Origin: a virus
Taxonomy: Duplodnaviria > Heunggongvirae > Uroviricota > Caudoviricetes
Strand: one strand, 5' to 3'
IMG/VR virus record: IMGVR_UViG_3300029708_000226
DNA: 64,000 nt
Position 1 is the first letter of the stretch. Every line of letters starts with the position of its first letter. Below the pieces are notes generated by a model. It searched no databases. It was not told where the DNA came from and worked only from the letters and a program-made list of their open reading frames with translations. Positions 61,566-64,000 of the stretch are shown piece after piece. The translations under genes were made by a program, and so were the position numbers.

Positions 61566-62621
61566 TTAAGACAGGAAATCATTTAAAATGGATTTTGATG
61601 CACTAAGCATGCCAACGGCTGCAAAGTTATATAAAGCTACATTAAGCAATCCACTTAAGTTTGTCATAGCTCCATCTACCAGACCTTTGGATCCACCATC
61701 CAAGATTGATGCATACATATTACTTGCCGAAAGCGTACCAGCGATCTGAACGACCAATAGCATCACAAATCCGTATAAGCAAATTCCAAAGAATTTTTTT
61801 ACGTATGATAAACCTCTCGAATGCGGACCAGACATTACAATATCTGGAATTGCAATACATAAAATTCCACCACGAATTATCAATTCGATTTTTCTGCTTG
61901 CCGCATGGAGTAATATCATAATATTAGGAATGGTGTTTGCCCCTTTTAAAAGAAGTGAGTAAACATATAAAGAAAGAGCTTTTGTGAAATGCTTTCCTTG
62001 ACCATTTGCAAAATAATCAGCTACAGCATTTACGTAATCAGCCCCGTCTTCTCCTTTTGTAAGAGCAATAGGGTTGTTGAGGAAGTAATCAATAAATGTA
62101 TTTCCTAATTGCATTGCTAACACAACTATTGTGGGGCCAAAATATATAAGTGCATCAACACAGACAAATTTCATGATTGTTGTGATCCAATATTTTATAT
62201 CAAGATCCCTTACTTTTCCCTGCATATCCTGCACTATTGTTAATAGAAAATAAAATAACAGCATACAATAGCCTATGGGTGAAAAATAATCCCAGATTTG
62301 AGCGATCATGTTCTTTTCAAGATCTGTGACGATAATAGCATCACGTGCAACGCTTAAACCGCCCGCATTCATAATATATGCTTCAGCGACGGTTTTCTGA
62401 AAACCGTCTTTCATTCCTTCATACCATGCTTTACCGTCAGCAACAGCGTCACCTAAAGACTCAAAAAGATCTTGAATACTATCAATAGCTTTTCCCCATT
62501 CTTTTACTTCTGTTGTAACTTCTTTCACGCCAGATTCTTCCGGTGTTTTTGCAAATGTGGTCATCGAACAACCCAATATCATTATGATCACAAGTGCTAA
62601 TCCTAATAATCGTTTTCTCAT
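61566..62621 (-). CDS. VirB6/TrbL-like polytopic T4SS protein
   Basis: Multi-TM; R.IEL..R......AIPD...YVKKF. Confidence 0.75.
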   Translation of the reverse strand: MRKRLLGLALVIIMILGCSMTTFAKTPEESGVKEVTTEVKEWGKAIDSIQDLFESLGDAVADGKAWYEGMKDGFQKTVAEAYIMNAGGLSVARDAIIVTDLEKNMIAQIWDYFSPIGYCMLLFYFLLTIVQDMQGKVRDLDIKYWITTIMKFVCVDALIYFGPTIVVLAMQLGNTFIDYFLNNPIALTKGEDGADYVNAVADYFANGQGKHFTKALSLYVYSLLLKGANTIPNIMILLHAASRKIELIIRGGILCIAIPDIVMSGPHSRGLSYVKKFFGICLYGFVMLLVVQIAGTLSASNMYASILDGGSKGLVDGAMTNLSGLLNVALYNFAAVGMLSASKSILNDFLS

Positions 62622-62678
62622 AAAGACCTCCTAAAATCCGAAAAAGATACCCCGGTATAATCCGGGGTATCACGATCG

Positions 62679-63038
62679 TTAGGCGAGAATACCCATGGCC
62701 TGTAACACGAACTTCATGCCGATCAGGATTGCGGCAACTGCAATGGTAGCAAATCCCTGCGCTCTCTTGTCAGGATTGCCGTTATCCTGCATGGACTGTG
62801 CAACGGAAATGATACCGAAGATCAGCATACCAATGCCGAGAATCTGCAATACAGTAAGAATCATACCAATTCCTTTACCTGCAATGGCAAATGGATCAAC
62901 TCCATTAAGGGCTCCCTGATTGACGGTTACTTCACTAAAAGCACGTCCGATTATCGGAGTCATTACTGCGGTTGCCATTGCTTCAACAGCCAACAGGACA
63001 TTCTGTGCCTTGTTTTTAAATAACGCGATTTTTTTCAT
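62679..63038 (-). CDS. VirB2/TrbC-like T4SS pilin-type membrane protein
   Basis: Leader plus two TM helices separated by a QDNGNPD loop; lies between VirD4 and VirB6. Confidence 0.65.
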   Translation of the reverse strand: MKKIALFKNKAQNVLLAVEAMATAVMTPIIGRAFSEVTVNQGALNGVDPFAIAGKGIGMILTVLQILGIGMLIFGIISVAQSMQDNGNPDKRAQGFATIAVAAILIGMKFVLQAMGILA

Positions 63039-63168
63039 AAACTTACCTCCTGAGTAAAGTTATTTTTTTCTCATTATTATTATGAGAGAAAAGTGTCATG
63101 AACGCAGAATATGCCGCGATCCATGTATTAACATCAAAAAAGACCCTGCATTGCTGCAGGATCTTTTC

Positions 63169-64000
63169 CTAAAACATAAACGTAGAATCAGCCATTGAAC
63201 CGGTATCCTCTTTCATGGCTTTTTCAATGGATTTTCTTTCATCCATTGCTTCTTTTTTGTTTTCGGTATTTGCTTTGGAACTAACTTGGGCTTCCACTTT
63301 TTCTCCAATATTTTCTTTAGTAACACGGTTATCCTGCATAATCTGATTTGCACCATCAAGATCGTTCGCATACTGGGATCTGCCTGCTACCAGAGACACA
63401 GCCTTCTGTTGTCTCTTTTTACTAACTTTTTTCTTTTTAACAGGTTTTGTATTGAAGTATTTTTCAATAAAGTCTTCTGATAATTCGTTGTTACGGCTCG
63501 CATTTCCTGTTTCGGCAAAATGAGGATGCTTAGAAAAATCATATTTTAAATCCCTAAATGGATGCAAACCTCGGATGATAACAATACACTCCTTATTATC
63601 TAAATTCTTGACTTCTTCAGGCGTCAACAACATGCGCTTTGACGTACCGAATCCTTCAGAGCTTCCGCCCTTCTGTCCATGACTTAGACTTATATTTCGT
63701 GTGCGAACAGTCGTTTCTCCCAATGTATCGGAGATATACTTGCAGGTTTCATTTTCGGAGCTTCCTAGAAACACAATGGTGTCACAGCCGCCAATAATAG
63801 ATTCGAATAATTTATCATATTTCTCCTTAATTTGTGCAATGTTCTGGACTACAATGGTACAGGAAATCTCATACTTTCTCATAGTAGTTAATTTTTCAGA
63901 AAACATAGGCACAGATCCAATATTTGCAAATTCATCCATCAGGCATCTGATGTGCCAAGGCAATCTTAAATTACCTTTTTGCACCTTATAATTCGCTGCG
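63169..64000 (-). CDS. virD4: VirD4/TraG coupling protein, C-terminal part (runs off right edge)
   Basis: LMDEFANIG, RKY.IS...VQNI.Q....Y, IS..LG..T, R.LLTPEEV. Confidence 0.93.
   Translation of the reverse strand, partial: AANYKVQKGNLRLPWHIRCLMDEFANIGSVPMFSEKLTTMRKYEISCTIVVQNIAQIKEKYDKLFESIIGGCDTIVFLGSSENETCKYISDTLGETTVRTRNISLSHGQKGGSSEGFGTSKRMLLTPEEVKNLDNKECIVIIRGLHPFRDLKYDFSKHPHFAETGNASRNNELSEDFIEKYFNTKPVKKKKVSKKRQQKAVSLVAGRSQYANDLDGANQIMQDNRVTKENIGEKVEAQVSSKANTENKKEAMDERKSIEKAMKEDTGSMADSTFMF

Noticed and set aside
1..64000. Prophage or jumbo phage
   Set aside because: No capsid, terminase, portal or tail genes recognised; T4SS, relaxase and ParM favour a plasmid-type element

Overview
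AT-rich Firmicutes (Clostridia/Lachnospiraceae-like, inferred from gene content and Shine-Dalgarno style) segment of what is most likely a large conjugative plasmid/megaplasmid; nearly all genes are on the minus strand. Right part (29.7-64 kb) is backbone: Gram-positive type IV secretion genes (VirD4 C-terminus, VirB2-, VirB6-, PrgI-like, giant NlpC/P60 hydrolase), a Tad/Flp pilus locus plus a second CpaF-like ATPase, DNA-metabolism genes (dnaE, recD2, topB, nrdD, tandem-OB SSB-like, cold-shock protein), a ParM/StbA partition operon and a solitary HipA-like kinase. The centre (24.5-29.3 kb) has a ~1.9 kb non-coding region with 13 helically phased 18-bp palindromes and a symmetric dif-like site at a local GC-skew switch, followed by a MobV relaxase and a Xer-like recombinase. 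The left part (1-24.5 kb) is accessory: a large adhesin running off the edge, a degenerate type I-C CRISPR mini-array with a cas3 relic, NADAR, MazG-like, RadC, DUF5688, DUF3841, DUF1848, an ATLF-type metalloprotease, an IS1182 with a 27-bp target duplication, and a truncated Rpn nuclease plus a stand-alone RpnS-like gene. The most striking signal is a promoter-like motif (TCTkTCATAwTAAT on the coding strand) found 31 times in front of almost every transcription unit, in several cases paired with a 14-bp palindrome (TTTCTG-NN-CAGAAA) 23-24 bp upstream, which suggests an element-wide private transcription programme. All family assignments come from recognising motifs by eye; no database search was run.
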